This document shows positions 1 through 14,000 of a stretch of DNA of 64,000 nt, in pieces (position 1 is the first letter of the stretch; each line of letters starts with the position of its first letter). This DNA is from Balanoglossus misakiensis. Its lineage: Eukaryota > Animalia > Hemichordata. The notes beneath the pieces were generated by a model. The model was given only the letters and a program-made list of their open reading frames with translations. It did no database searches and had not been told where the DNA came from. The stretch is taken from assembly GCA_040954595.2 (NCBI GenBank), contig CM082576.2, positions 7,691,129 through 7,755,128 of the forward strand, in the 5' to 3' direction. The position numbers were made by a program, and so were the translations under genes.

Positions 1-1714
1 AAATGTGTTGAACTATTGAACATTGTGTGCTTACTGTCTGGGTCCAGTTGGTTGCAATATTTACGAGTTCTACTAGTTCTATTAAATTGTGGCACTTTTA
101 TTAATACATAGATCTATGCTATTGTGCTATAATTGAAATAGACAGATACAACCATACATTGAGGTACTGACAGTTTCTTCCCTGAAAGTAGCCTTATTTG
201 TTTGGTTCCTTCCATGCTGTATTTGTTTTTCACTCAGTGATGTTAGGGGTTATTCCAATAGTTTGTTGTCTGTAGATATTATGTGAAGCCATGTATGTCA
301 GAGTTCATGTTGACCTTTGGTGAGTGATGCGAGTGAAACTTCGAAATGATTGATGTTTATGGAAATCAAATCATCAATCTGTATCTAGGAGTTTACCGGA
401 GCAGGAAATCTCAAGCGATGTACATTTTATGTCGATTTTAAGAATAACAGGGGAACATCTTGAAGTTGAACTTTCAGTGACTCTGTGCATATATAGACAT
501 TCAGTTCATCCGAGATTATTTCAGGAATGTCCAGGCAAGCCAGCTTAGGCTGAACAGCAGTGGAACACTCGAATGCAATCTGTTCGATGTAATACCCTAC
601 GGATTTGAGCAGACAACTGCAAATGAACAGACGGAGGTAGAAGACGAGTGTAGGAGAACACCACATTGCATGAATGAAATCATCATGCCATGCATTGGTT
701 GTGTTCAATTGGCAAGGGCTCAGATGATGCATCTGTGTTTAATGGTGTGATAGTAAAAGTTTACTGCTACACTGATTCAGTTTTGGGTTATTACAAGATA
801 CGCGGTCAGATGATAAGGCTTGCACTAAAAAATCATAAATGAATTTTCTGTGGGAAATACAGTGAGAGTTTATCTAAGATAACATCCATGATCAGAGGCA
901 TGCATTAATATCATATACACCATATGTCACATCTGTTCCCAAAAGTATTCCAGCACATGTATACTAAAGAGCTACACAATCTTTTTAGTGACCATCTGTC
1001 ACTACAAAGATCAAGGTCACCATTGGTGTCATTCCTAGTGTAGAATCTTTCCTTGCAGTGCGTGACTTTGCAAACCCCCAAAATGCACCATAGCATCTCA
1101 CACTTGGTTTTAAAACTTAGAGAAAAGAATTTCCGTAGAAAAATATGGGTGATGTCACTGGCATCCCCTTGAAGTCCAATTGACGGCATCTAGGTGGAGT
1201 AGTTCATGGTAGTTCATGGCTCCAACCTTGCCTGTGGTCAACTGAAGACCAGATTCTGTGAGAGATTCTTCTGAGGGGAAGTGTCATTTTCAAAGAGGAT
1301 AAAAACATGCACCATACCCATGGTGCATGTCATACCCATGGTCAGGGTGATTTTAAATTGATCTGTGTTACTGTAATCGTCTTTTGTCACGCCAGTTGCA
1401 AATTGTTTTGTCCACAGCAGGGCCATAAAACAATGTAACTGTGTTTTGCCTTTTGCCATCAATTGCTTTTTGTGGTCACTTCACAATGGATCAGTGGCCA
1501 CTAAACAAGTGATTTGCATTGTTGCATTCATGTTAGCATGGACAGGACATGTATGTTAGGCACCCAGTTAAAATAGGAAGCACAGCTAGTCGTTACCTGA
1601 CAATCCAGGTGTTGCCTTTGTGCCATATGAATTGCAATTCTCATTGCTCTGCTAAAGTTTTGTAATTATCACTCACATTAGGGTGTGTTCCTCCATACCT
1701 GGAGGCAAAGGTTC

Positions 1715-1816
1715 AACAAAACAAAACAAAACAAAACGAAACAAAACAAAACAAAACAAAACAAAACAAAACAAAACAAAACAAAACAAAACAAAACAAA
1801 ACAAAACAAAACAAAC
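1715..1816 (+). repeat. (AAAAC)n pentanucleotide microsatellite
   Basis: About 20 tandem AAAAC units with one substitution. Confidence 0.97.
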
Positions 1817-2090
1817 ATAAAAATGAAAGAGCCATCTCTCAGTCTCATTCATGAATTGGCCTTTGAAAATGCAAGTTCTCAAGAAATACTACAGATTGAC
1901 ATATTAACAATACTCATCTTCTACTTACACAATAAGATGCATGTACCGGTACTGTTTTTCAGTTTGCATGTTGACAACACTCACCTTACATGTACAAGCA
2001 TAATCTCATACTTCACAGACTCACTTGTATCACAGTGTCATATATCATTTATTAATTTCTGCCCGTAATCTTTATTTTTTTTTCATCCAG

Positions 2091-5000
2091 AGGATTTACT
2101 AGATGGCGACACGGCAGAGAGGGTGACCATATTAGAGAAGACGGTCGCCCAACAGGCAGACGACATTGTCTGTCTGAAGACCGCATTAGCCGACGTTGTC
2201 CGGAGGTTAGCTACGCTTGAAAGCAAACGTTCTACAAAGCGTAAGTGGTCCTTTCAATTACTAGTAGATGTGCTCCCTCCCGCCATCTGAATTAGCTTGG
2301 CGTCGTGACTGAATGATACACAGGAAGTTCTCACATCCCTGTAAGTCACAGAGCTGCTTACAAGAGTGTGCGGACAGCTGCACCAGTGCTCAGGTTTGAT
2401 GTTTCCAGAGGAATTGGAGTACGAGTGTGCTGTTCAGGTTTCAAAAATCATACCACTTACAGACATCAGCTTTTTCAATGTAATTTAGATCTTTGTATTG
2501 ACACTTGCCAAGTTAATGCGCTACCCGATGAAGTTTGCCTAAACTCTGGACAAATAGTTCGTTATCGGTATTTTTAATCAGCAAATAACATTGAACTGAA
2601 GTGTATATTTCAATTATTGCATCCAACTTGAGATATTTACGATTTTGATAGCGGTATTTGAGATACGGACTAATACAAGTGGTAAAATCAATGCTTGATT
2701 TCATTGACAATTACATTCTGTATCTTTATAATACTGACCAGCGCAACCTATGACTGCGTTGAGAGAAATCCAGTTACCAGGTAACGGAAACATACCATCC
2801 ATTGGACCATCTTTGGTTTAATACTTGCTTGTGAAATATTCAATACTGTGAACTGCAAACAAGATTAGAGACATGTACACACATGCCAATTTTTTTAGTG
2901 AAATACATGTGCATGTATGCAGATTGTCTGCAAACGTTGATTGCTTGTGAAATATACATCATATTTGAAAAAAAATACATTTACATGGGTGTTCATGAAA
3001 TTAAGTTTAGTCGAGTAAATTTTAAGTGGTGGTAGGTGTGTAAATAACTGATAAAAAGTATAATAAACGTTCAATTTAGATTGAATTTGTAATAAAGTTT
3101 CGTACAGCTTATCAGAATTGATGAAATAAGAGCTGTTTAATCCATAATACCCAGCTGCATAGTGTAGAAGCTATTTCCTCCAGAGTTATTTCACAATACA
3201 CAAAGTACGGATTATTATTCCAATATTGCACAAAGTAACCACCCCTGTAAGCTTTGAAAATTTCAAACACATTTTTCCTTCCCAGACACGCAATGTGTAT
3301 GTGTATCATACTCTATGAGTACAATAGGCAATTATGTCAGTGTACCCGTAAAATAATCCATAAAATCTGCTGGCAATTGTCAAAACAGGTTTACCAACCC
3401 CTGGGGATTTTTTTACATCCTATGTTTGGAATTCGCATTGACAACTACCCAATAGTGGGATACACACCTGTTCTCCATACCTTGAAATAGAGCAAACATC
3501 ACAAATATCGTTCACAGTGTGGGACGGTTAAAAGACCATGTTACATGTCCTGAAATCTACTGTGGTTTTCTAGCTGTGTATATGAGGAAGTTTGAAGGCA
3601 GAGGAACGCATATGTAGATTAATACATGCAATATATCATATTATAAATTTAATACTTAGTAAGCTAGTCATCTCATGATTCATATATAGGGAAATAAAAT
3701 GCTGATCCCCTGTCCAATGTTAGGTATATATTTGACATTTCTGACTCCTATAAATTAATTCAGTATTTTAAAAATAACATCGTGTTGAACGACTTTAACT
3801 TTCACTTCATTAATGTCGAAAGCGAATATTATTTGGTATCACAATCTACAGTCATGCGATGAAGCATTGTGCATGATGGATACAAATATGACACATGATG
3901 AGACCCTGAACAGATGTGCGTTTGTTTGCCAAAAACGTCAAACTGAGTTTGCCTTTGTGAGAGTCTTGTGGAAGTGAATAGTGAATGGAATACCTGGACA
4001 ACAAACTGGACTGAACACTTTGAATGCTCATGCAGGGGTGGAAGGAGTTGCCATGGAAACTTTGATTGTCCCATTGATACACGAGAAATTTTTGTAAATG
4101 TGTAAAAAAGATTTTGAAAAAAAATAGAGGTTGTATGATCAAGATGTGTTTAATGTGATGATAATGATATGTTAGGGTTAAATTTAGTATGCCGATGACG
4201 ATGGATTATTCATACATGCATGACTGTGTTTTGCCATTAAATTTTACACTCCTCTGATGATTTGGAGCATGGGAATATTTTGCATCACTTTATTATCTTT
4301 TGCATCATGGGCATCATTCAAACTCCATCCTAGCTGGTGGTTGTCACTGTCCTTGGCTTGACTGTTGCTCAGAAATTAAATTAAAAATAGCACCATGATT
4401 ATTCCTAGAATGTTCTAATCTGGTGAATTCTGTCTATTCTTTGTGCATGTACATGTTTACAGTTTATAAGTTATGCTCGTGATATTACCATGATCACTCA
4501 TATGGATGCATCTGTTGTCCTTGTATGTTCCTGGCGGCCATATTGAAATCACACTTGTTGATGAACACTGAGTTCACGGGCCACTTTTGAAAATGGTGAT
4601 GGGATGGTCTCATTAGTATAAACTGGTGGAATCTATTTCTGTTCCTGTTTAAGCATATACTCATGTATTACATGATATTAAATATTCATATTTTTATTCA
4701 GAAGTAATCTTTGTTTTCATGTCAACACATTTTTGACAGGCTACTATGAACCCCTACTTTTCCTGGCATTTGCAAAAAATCTCTTCTCATTTTCTACATG
4801 AATTATATGAACATATAATCTGACCGGTTTCACTTGTATACATTTGCATACACAGTATCTCCTGGCAGACCAAGTCACATGGTGCTACCCTCCAAACCAA
4901 CCATTGTAAATGGCACACCAAAGAAACCCATACACAATTATCCAATGCAGAAGAGACCCTCCACACCTGAGCAGACCAGGAAAAATTTCAGTCCCAGCAA

Positions 5001-8000
5001 TGAACTCAGGAGGTGGGCGTCGGCAGACAGCAATAGTTTCCCCTCACCGTAAGTGTTTCCATTAGTTACCATAGTTTCCGCACACCATAAGTCACTTCCG
5101 AGTTTGGACAAGATTGTGTTGTGTTTTGCACTGACATGTACAAATGAAATGCTGCTTTTATGGTCTTTCATCTTCTTCAGTGTCTATTGGGATGGCATGT
5201 GATGCAGAGACAAAACAATTCAGCACTCAGTGTTTCAAGGGTGATTTGACATTATATTTGCAATTGAACAGAAAGAAGAAGCTGAAGAAATTTTACATTG
5301 AATGTTATGTAAATTAGAGAATGCAGCCATAAATCGTATTTCTCAGTCAGTTTCCCGTTTCACCTGTTTTTCTCGTCTGACTTATAGCCACCATGTTCTC
5401 CTGCATTATGCATAGCAAGTTCATGCATTGACGTTTTCTTGTGTCTATTTTCAGTAGCAGAAAAAGTGCCTCATTAACAAATTTATCAAGTCCCAGACTC
5501 AAAAACCCAGGTCCACCGTAAGTTATTGTTAATTGTCTCTTTCATGTCATTGTTTTCTTGTGTGTGTCAAAATTTACAGTCTCCTAAAGTTTTGTTCCAT
5601 TTGGTAAAACATTTTTTCTTTATCCTGGCATCTGCTGTACCGCCCTCTAGTGGAGTCTTGATGTGCATTCCTGAGGCTGTATATCTGACAGCTATGGCAA
5701 CTGTAAAACAAGCATGAAATTGTCTTCTTTTTTTTCTTTCGACAGAATTTCAAAAGAAGCATCCTACAATAAAGGTTAGTCTTATGTCTCCTAGTAATGT
5801 ACACTTCACTGACCTGAAAGCTGTGTGAAAAGACGGCTAACATTTTTATCAATCTAGCCACTTTTTCTCTCTTAATACCATATCATGCCAAGCCAGGAAT
5901 AACTGACAATTTGAACCATTGTGAAAACAAAAGAAACACCATCATACATTTGTGAAGGCGTTGCTCTCTCTGGAAATAGACTGCAAGAACGTTGCCTAGT
6001 GACAATCCCCAGTGTACTCTATTATATTTTAGCTCACCAAAAATCCCAAACCAGTTCTTCATCCCCAAACCATTTCATGAAATACGTGCTTCTGTATTCT
6101 TATTTAATATTCACACATTTTGTCAGGAAAAAAGGGTAAGTTGGTGGAATAACACTCGTGTTTATTTTGATCGTTCAGGTTAAGGGAAAAGAGTATTATT
6201 TCATGGTGATGGTGCCATTTCTCTTCGCATACTTTTTCCCATTTCCCACAGTATTAATATGAATGTGCATACCATCTCCCGACAGATATGAATGCTCATC
6301 CATTTTGTCTCTCATTGTTAAGTTTCTTCCTCTGCTCACTATTTTTATTTTGGGAGGAAATATTTCTGACTGGGCCTGCAAATTCCCCTGGGGTGTGTTA
6401 CTCAACATTGATACTGTGTGCCTCGATCTTTGCTGTAAGTTTCATCCGTTTGGATGTGTAGTGAAGTGAAAAGGGAGGGGTACAATGCATGCTGATAGTG
6501 GTTGCTGCACTGGCTGTAATTAATTACCCAGTTAAATTTAAATCTTTTATCATGGTGGCAGGATGAATGGAATAAATTGCAAGTCAGGGTACTTATTATA
6601 TTATTAAGTGTATCAATATCTCTAGTCTATGAAAATCACTTGTTCTGTGTTCCGATGACTCTGAGTTTTGATGGTTACGAAAATGGTAATCAGAATAGGA
6701 GTCACAGAGAAAAAAATCATAAAACATAATCCAACATTTTGCCAGCCGCACATCTGACAAAAAATGTTTTTTCGTATTGCAGAAGAAGGGATAGTCAAGA
6801 TCTACCTGCGAGGGCGTGGTATCAACATGTACGCCCCGTCAAACATAAGCGACTTTTCCATCAATAAAGGAGGCTTAGCCCCTGAAGAGAAACTCAAGTT
6901 GGACTGGGTGTATCCTTAACATTGTGTCGTGTAAACAAAAAATCGCATTCCCTGCAGAAAAAGTAGTGACACAGTTTCCCCATCCAATGAAGAGAGCTAG
7001 CTTTTTAGCCTACAGGCCAACCAGACATCACCCATGCATGTATGTACACCAACTCTCTTGCAATAATCCCCAAGTACACATTGAATCCTTCACTAGCTTT
7101 TATTCAGATATGGTTACAGAGGAAGGGACTGCAGGAATAATCTACATTTGCTTCCCACGGGGGAAGTGGTTTATTTCATAGCTGCTGTAGTCGTCATGTA
7201 CAACATAGAGGAAGAAATGCAGAGGTTTTACCTAGGACACACTGACGATGTCAAGTGGTAAGTACGCCTCATGCTTTGAGATGGTGTCAAGACCTGCAGA
7301 GTTGAATAAACCTGTTTTACTTTTCCTACATTGAGATATCATCATTGCTGAAAAAACAACAGAGCATTGAGTCTTTCCTTTCATTCACAGCATAGCAATA
7401 CATCCTGATAAAGTAACCATAGCGACAGGACAGGTGGCGGGCCACGACAGAAAACCAGACGCAAAGGTAAGGCGGCCGTGATCCTACTTTCTCACTTTTG
7501 TGAAAAGCTTTGCTGGCATGCTTTGTGCTTGGAGTGTTGGGCTGTAAGAATTGGAACCCCTCTAACAGTCCTCGATTAGAGTCCCCCCCCCCCCCCCAAA
7601 AAAAAAAATGCAAAGGCATGCAGGGAGAGGCTGTGCTATGGTTGCTATGGGTGAACCTTCAACACAGGTCATCTTTCTCATTGTAGTGTTGTCTGTCATC
7701 TAGAAGACTACACTATCGCCTGGGTGTTCAGTAAAAATCCATGTCATCCGGGAGAAAAGGGAGATACTTGTGTCAAAATTTCATCGGGTTATAAACCAAA
7801 GATCATTTCACATGCTGGTGTGTTAAGGTGGTGTGGGGTTAAGGTGTCTCTAAAAATGTTCACGCAAGTTAATATTGCTTCTGCATTACAGTAATTGCAG
7901 CGAGGCAAATTTCCAATTTTCATACCTGCTAAGTAAAGGGATCATTATATGTTTCTGTTGCCATAAAAAGGAAATTCATGTTGGGGAGGAATTGTGATGT

Positions 8001-11000
8001 AAACCATGATGTGAATTATTGTCATGATGTGGTGTGTTGATGTGGTCATCACTGTCCTGTGCACTTCCACATCCATCGATTTTCTGGTCGTCAAGTGGTG
8101 ATGGGTGATAGAATTAATTTCACTCTAAAAAAATCAGTGAGTCAGAGTAAAAAACTTCAGCCTCCTCATGTACATATTGTTGTTTTCCACTTTTATTCTT
8201 ACTCTTTTTTATCCCCTGTGTCGCATTTACATCTCACAATTGCCTGTGTGTTGGTTTTGATGGCTCCACTCACTCCTTTCTGTTCGTCCAAAACTCTTGT
8301 TGTGTGTGCCACCCGTAGAAACCCTCACGCACTGCCAACTCCAGCTCGGCCAGTTCCAGTACCGAAGCCTCCACAGACGATGAACCTGAAAACACAGAGG
8401 TCAAGGTCTTTGTGGTAGGTACAATCCCCCTGACACACACAAAAAAAACACGGACCTTGTTTTGTTTTGGTTTGTTTTTAGCATGCACAAACAATATGAT
8501 TGTTGACACTGCAAATCCAGCATGGAAGTTGGGATATTAAACTGTAATCCATAATCCTCAAACGGAAACTAAAATTGTTTCCCACTGCATATTCCTAATT
8601 TTACAGCAGACCTATCATCTAGTAGTACTTTCATGCCAGTTTTATTATCTCCACAGGCTGTGTCAATGGATGGACAGTGCAAAATCTGTCGACAGACTAA
8701 CTGAAAATTCTCTTGACTTCAGAGATTTGTAGATGCTGTGACTTTTGAAATGGTTGGCTTCCTGTGGGAAGAGATGAACACCTCGTCACAGCTCTGAGCT
8801 ACTCTATTCACACATTCTACATTTCAAACTGTTTTTGCTCTCTTTTCAATGACAGCCTCACGTTCGCATCTGGGACTCAGTCTCGCTTACAACCCTGCGC
8901 ATCGTTGGCATCGGTGATTTTGAGAGAGCTGTTTGTTGCGTGTCGTTCTCCAAATCAGTAAGTTACTTTTGTTCCAATCGCTCTCCGACATTTAAATCGA
9001 TATTTCATTCGGAGAAATAACGCCTGCCCGGACAGTGAAGGTTGAATTTTAACCAAAGCTTTCACCTGAAACACACACACAGGATGGTGGTGTACATTTA
9101 CTGGCTGTTGATGAGAGCAGCGATCGTGTCTTGTCAGTCTGGGAATGGAACAAAGGAGAGAAGGGCCACAAAATTACAGAAACCAAGGTTAGTTTCATCT
9201 TGATACTTTCACACTCAGTTGACAGAGATGACAAAATGAAAATCTCCTGTTTTCAATTGTGGAGTGTCATTTGCAAAATCTATAAACCTCACACTTTTGT
9301 GTCCCGCAGAGTGCTTCAGAACCAGTACTAGCTGCAGAGTTCCATCCGATGGATCACCGGCAAATCATCACCTGCGGTAAATCACACATTTCCTTCTGGA
9401 CTCTGGAAGATGGCCGACTCAACAAGAAATCAGGAATATTTGAGGTCAGAGTTTGTCTCATGTGACATAATGTTCAAGCGAATGGGTCAATATCTGGCAC
9501 AAATGGGTTTCATAACAATTTGATTTTGAATTTGTTTTTGTTGTTGGTGGTGGTGGTGTTGTTTTGGGGGGTAGCTTGGAAGAATGTTAATTTACCCCAA
9601 AATACAACATTTGTTTTCCAATCTTCCATCATTACAGAAATATGAAAAACCAAAGTACGTGTTGTGTTTGGCGTTTGCTGACAACGGCGATGTAATCTCA
9701 GGAGACTCTAATGGCAATATATTTGTATGGGGTAAAGGTGAGTTCACATAGCTTCGTCAGTATATTATGCATTGCAGATATTACTTTTTTCAACAGTGTG
9801 CACTGTTTGAAACAGCCATTCAAAGTTTACCCTGGAATAACCAGAAATAGCTCTCTTGATGTGTGCCGTCTGTGGCAGATACATGTATACATAATTAAAA
9901 GCAGGAAATGGGAAGTAGTTTGCTTGACTTCAACAAACACTATGAAAGAATGACGGAAGTAATGTTTTTGAGTTATAATTAAACAGCTGATGCGTGAATT
10001 TTTGTCAACAGTATTTCCTGCAAGTACTCGCCATGCCCTTCCTTGAAGCTGTACTTTGCCGTATTTCCCAGTGCAAAAACTGGTGGAACATCTAATTTCC
10101 CTATCGTCTCTGATATACTTATTTTCAGAAAGTTAATGCGCCTGTTATGTTACCATTATTCTTTTAATTTTAACAGTGCCAACAAAGTCACTCATGAACG
10201 TGCCCACTGGGGGCGCTGCACACTGAAGGCTTGTGCCATTCACAGAGCAATGACACATTCATATTGTCTTACACTACTGGAGATATGACATGTCTAATGC
10301 GTGTGGACAAATATACAGAAATAAAAATTTAGACTTCTCCATAATTTCTAATGCTTTTCCTGTGTTGTCTCTCAGGCAATACAAGAATTCACTATGCAGT
10401 GCCCGGCGCGCATGAAGGCCCCATCTTCGGCCTGTGCGTCATGAAGGACGGCACGCTCCTGTCGGGCGGCGGCAAAGACCGGAAGCTGCTGGCCTGGGAC
10501 AGACGCTACATCCAGACGGGCGCGGAGAAGGAGCTGCCGGAATCGAGCGGACCCGTACGGACCATCAGCCAGGGCAAAGACGATCAGATCCTGGTGGGGA
10601 CGACCAAGAACGCCATTCTGCAGGGGAGCCTGTCCAGCGACTTTTACAGCATTGTGCAGTCGCACACGGACGAGCTGTGGGGATTGGCGGTGCATCCGTC
10701 GGCCAAACAGTTCCTGACGTGCGCCTACGACAGACACATCATTTTGTGGGACAGCTCATCTCATACGCAAGTGTGGACCAAACATATCGAGGTGAGATGT
10801 GCATCCTTTACTAAAGATGCCTTTGGTCAGAATAGAGTAATACTCATGTATAAGACCCAATCAGCAGACCAGTTGATTGGCAAAATTTCTGTGATTTGTT
10901 TTTGTCCGTCAAATGATGATGTGTAAGATTACAACATTGTTACAATCAAAACTGACTGTCTTTATGGCCACCTGTGATGCGGCACATTTCCCTGCCCAGC

Positions 11001-14000
11001 CAACCAAAGTCTTTTTGCTTCTCTTCTCTCAGGATGGTTGTCAGTCGGCTGGCTTCCATCCGTCCGGCACAGTCATAGCCATCGGCACGCAGACTGGCAG
11101 GTGGCTGGCCATCGATGCATGCAGCAGAGACTTGGTCACGGTTCACACAGACGGCAATGAGCAACACGACTGTATAGAGTACTCACCAGGTAGGAGTTAT
11201 TTCCTTTCTCTGCCAGTGAAAATGTTCCACCGCTTGCCCAAGAGAATTTGTTAGAGGAGACTACAGAATCAAATTACCAGCAGTTGTAGTTTGAGTTTTT
11301 ATAAGATCCTCATGACAGAGTCTGTGCTTAAAAAAACCTTGGAAGAGAATAATAAGCAGGTTAATTTTCTTTTAATAACAATTTCATCTTGCTGGTTGTC
11401 TACAAGAATTTTTCACTAACATTAGAGTTTTACTTATTAAGATACGTATTTTAGAACTTTTTAAAGATGTGGTGATTGAGGAATTTGTTGTTTTCAGATG
11501 GCAACTATCTAGCCATTGGTTCCCATGACAACTACATCTACGTGTATGCCGTCAGTGAAAACGGATACAAATACAACAAAGTTGGCAGATGTACTGTAAG
11601 TTTGACCCATATGCATATATATTTTTTGCAAAATAAGAAATAGCAGTCGAGTTCATTCAACCAAACCACATTATGACATAGGCGCCGGTTGGACACACCT
11701 TACATTACGTTCATTGATCACGGATTACTGTACCATCCGTAGTGAGGTGGGGTTACAGTCTAGAGTGCTACCTCTTTCTCCCACACCCACATGCTATTTG
11801 ATCCATTGATTCATTGATCCATTCATGTTGTCATCACTGAGAAATTCAGCTTTCAGTTTGTAGCGTACGCACGATTGAACTGCTCACTCAGCATAGAATA
11901 TCAAAAGTCTGTAAAGTGTGTGCGTCATTTCCACTTTCATTTTGTGTGTCCTGTTGTGGGAGTTGAGTAGGTGTACCTTCACAGGTCACTCAGGTTATGG
12001 CACACAGCTGAATGTTTCAGCTGATTATCTAGTGATTTTTGTGAGAAGAAAATATTCAGTGTTTTTAATTTATCAAATTGTTCGTACCAGTACTGATTGT
12101 TAGGGTGCAGATATTTCCTTGTTTTAGTTTTACTGACAAGTCGTGTTTATGAAAAAAGTTCCTGGTCACATGCATTTCTGTGTGAAGTAATTATCTAATT
12201 AGTCATGACACAACTGTTTTGCATGATATTCAGACATAGCAAATACTTGTAGGTTCAAACTTGGGTGTGACGATACAGTGTGATTGTCTATGGATCGTGT
12301 AGTACCGGTAAATCTTAGTATTAAAATAAAGCTATGTAACTAGTTCTTAGACTTAGAGAGTGTGTATATGGAAATGACCAGTCAGATTGGAATGTTTAAT
12401 ATTTTCAATTTGTGAGACTTTGCCTTCAAATAGAACAGCTTACATGTGACGTAACGAGAGTTGATGTGTAGACGAGGAAATTTCTATATTTGGAATGGAT
12501 TGTCTTCAATTTACGGTTCAGAGGTTGGCATGTAGAACATCTGAAGAAGGAAAATATCATACAGTGTTCTGGCTCTCACGTAAAGAAGGATAATTTTCAA
12601 GTGAAATGTGTGCATTTTTATACCATATGTCAATTGTGAACTTTCTCTGACTGTCAATGCAAAATGCTGTCATTTACAAGTATGTGTGTATTCATGTGAA
12701 TAAAACTGTAGGCTAAAATGTAGTTCTTGCTGCGTAGACCTATGACCTGGCACGTTGCCAGGTTTTTTCGTGGGGATCCCCCGGGTACTGACGTACATAG
12801 GCTAACCTTTGACCCACATACAATGTAGAGTTATGCGTATACAACCGAGTTTCAGGACTTAATACAGGATTTGGATATTGTGTTGTTTACAAGGTTGAAT
12901 TGCCAAGGACTTTTTATTGAAAACATAAGCATAAAATCATGAGTATTCACCAAAACAGGATGTTTCCCCATATTGAAGTCTATGAATCCTCGACATGAAG
13001 GTCATTTGGCCTAGTCAATGTCGTCAATGAACCAGAATATACCAGTTATGATGTTCTATAATCTTGTGTTTTCTGTTGTTCTCTTAGGGACATAGCAGTT
13101 TCATCACCCACATTGATTGGTCATCAGATTCACAGTATCTTCAGAGCAACTCTGGCGATTATGAATTACTCTTCTGTAAGTCACATATTGCACAACATTT
13201 GTTGAATGAATTCAAGGTGCATTTGAAACTTGTCCACATGTACGGAGGCCAAAGATATCCTCTCTGATATTCCCAGTAAAATAAAGTCCAGTTTTGTAAT
13301 AAACAACCTAAAAGTTGAAAATAATAGCAAGCCGGTAAAATGTAAGTAATAAAATGGTGTCAGAATAAACTGGCTGCCAGCAGAAGTTGAATGAACTAGT
13401 AATGGTTCCACTGAGAGAGGAACTGACTCATTAAAATGAAGAATGACACAAATGCTATAAAGATTGGCATCTGAGAAGAAGCTACCGGCAAAAATATCTA
13501 AAAAGGAAGTTGTCATGGACATTTTCTCTGAATAATTGACACCAATGACATTGTTCTGAGAATAAACACAAGTTTCAAAGAATACTACAATTAGAACACG
13601 GTCTTAATTGTTTCCACATTGCTGGCATTTTTTTCTTTCTATTGTTTACCCAGACAATCAAATCACCAGTTTTTTGCAGCTTGTTCTGTTCTATTACTAA
13701 TGCAGAAATAAGTGTGATTTATCCAGTGCAATTTTGTAAATCAATTCAGTGACACGATTTTAGCTTTTACAAGAAAAGGGAAAAAACTGAATCTGTAAGA
13801 TCTAGATACATTGTATTTTGTGAGAACACTTATTTTAACCAGAGTTTTTCACCTTTTTTATTATTTTATCTTTAGGGACTGTGAATTGTCGCCAGGTGAC
13901 ATCATCATCTTCGATGAGAGATATTGATTGGGCAACCCATCATTGCACAATAGGATTCCCAGTCTGCGGTAAGTCGGCTTGACGATGTTCTTCAGTGAAC

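Noticed and set aside
1673-2068. ORFs with NKTKQ / VLFCF repeats
   Set aside because: Translations of the (AAAAC)n microsatellite.
10177-10260. Acceptor-like TAACAG followed by ANKVTHERAHWG, vaguely like the next EML exon
   Set aside because: The phase-compatible frame reaches TGA quickly; the look-alike peptide is in another frame.
11965-12103. Intronic peptide SRCTFTGHSGYGTQLNVSAD resembling EML GRCTGHSSFITHIDWSSD (possible mutually exclusive exon)
   Set aside because: The nearby AG gives phase 1 while the upstream exon ends in phase 0, and the conserved W and SNSGDYE motifs are absent. Treated as coincidence.
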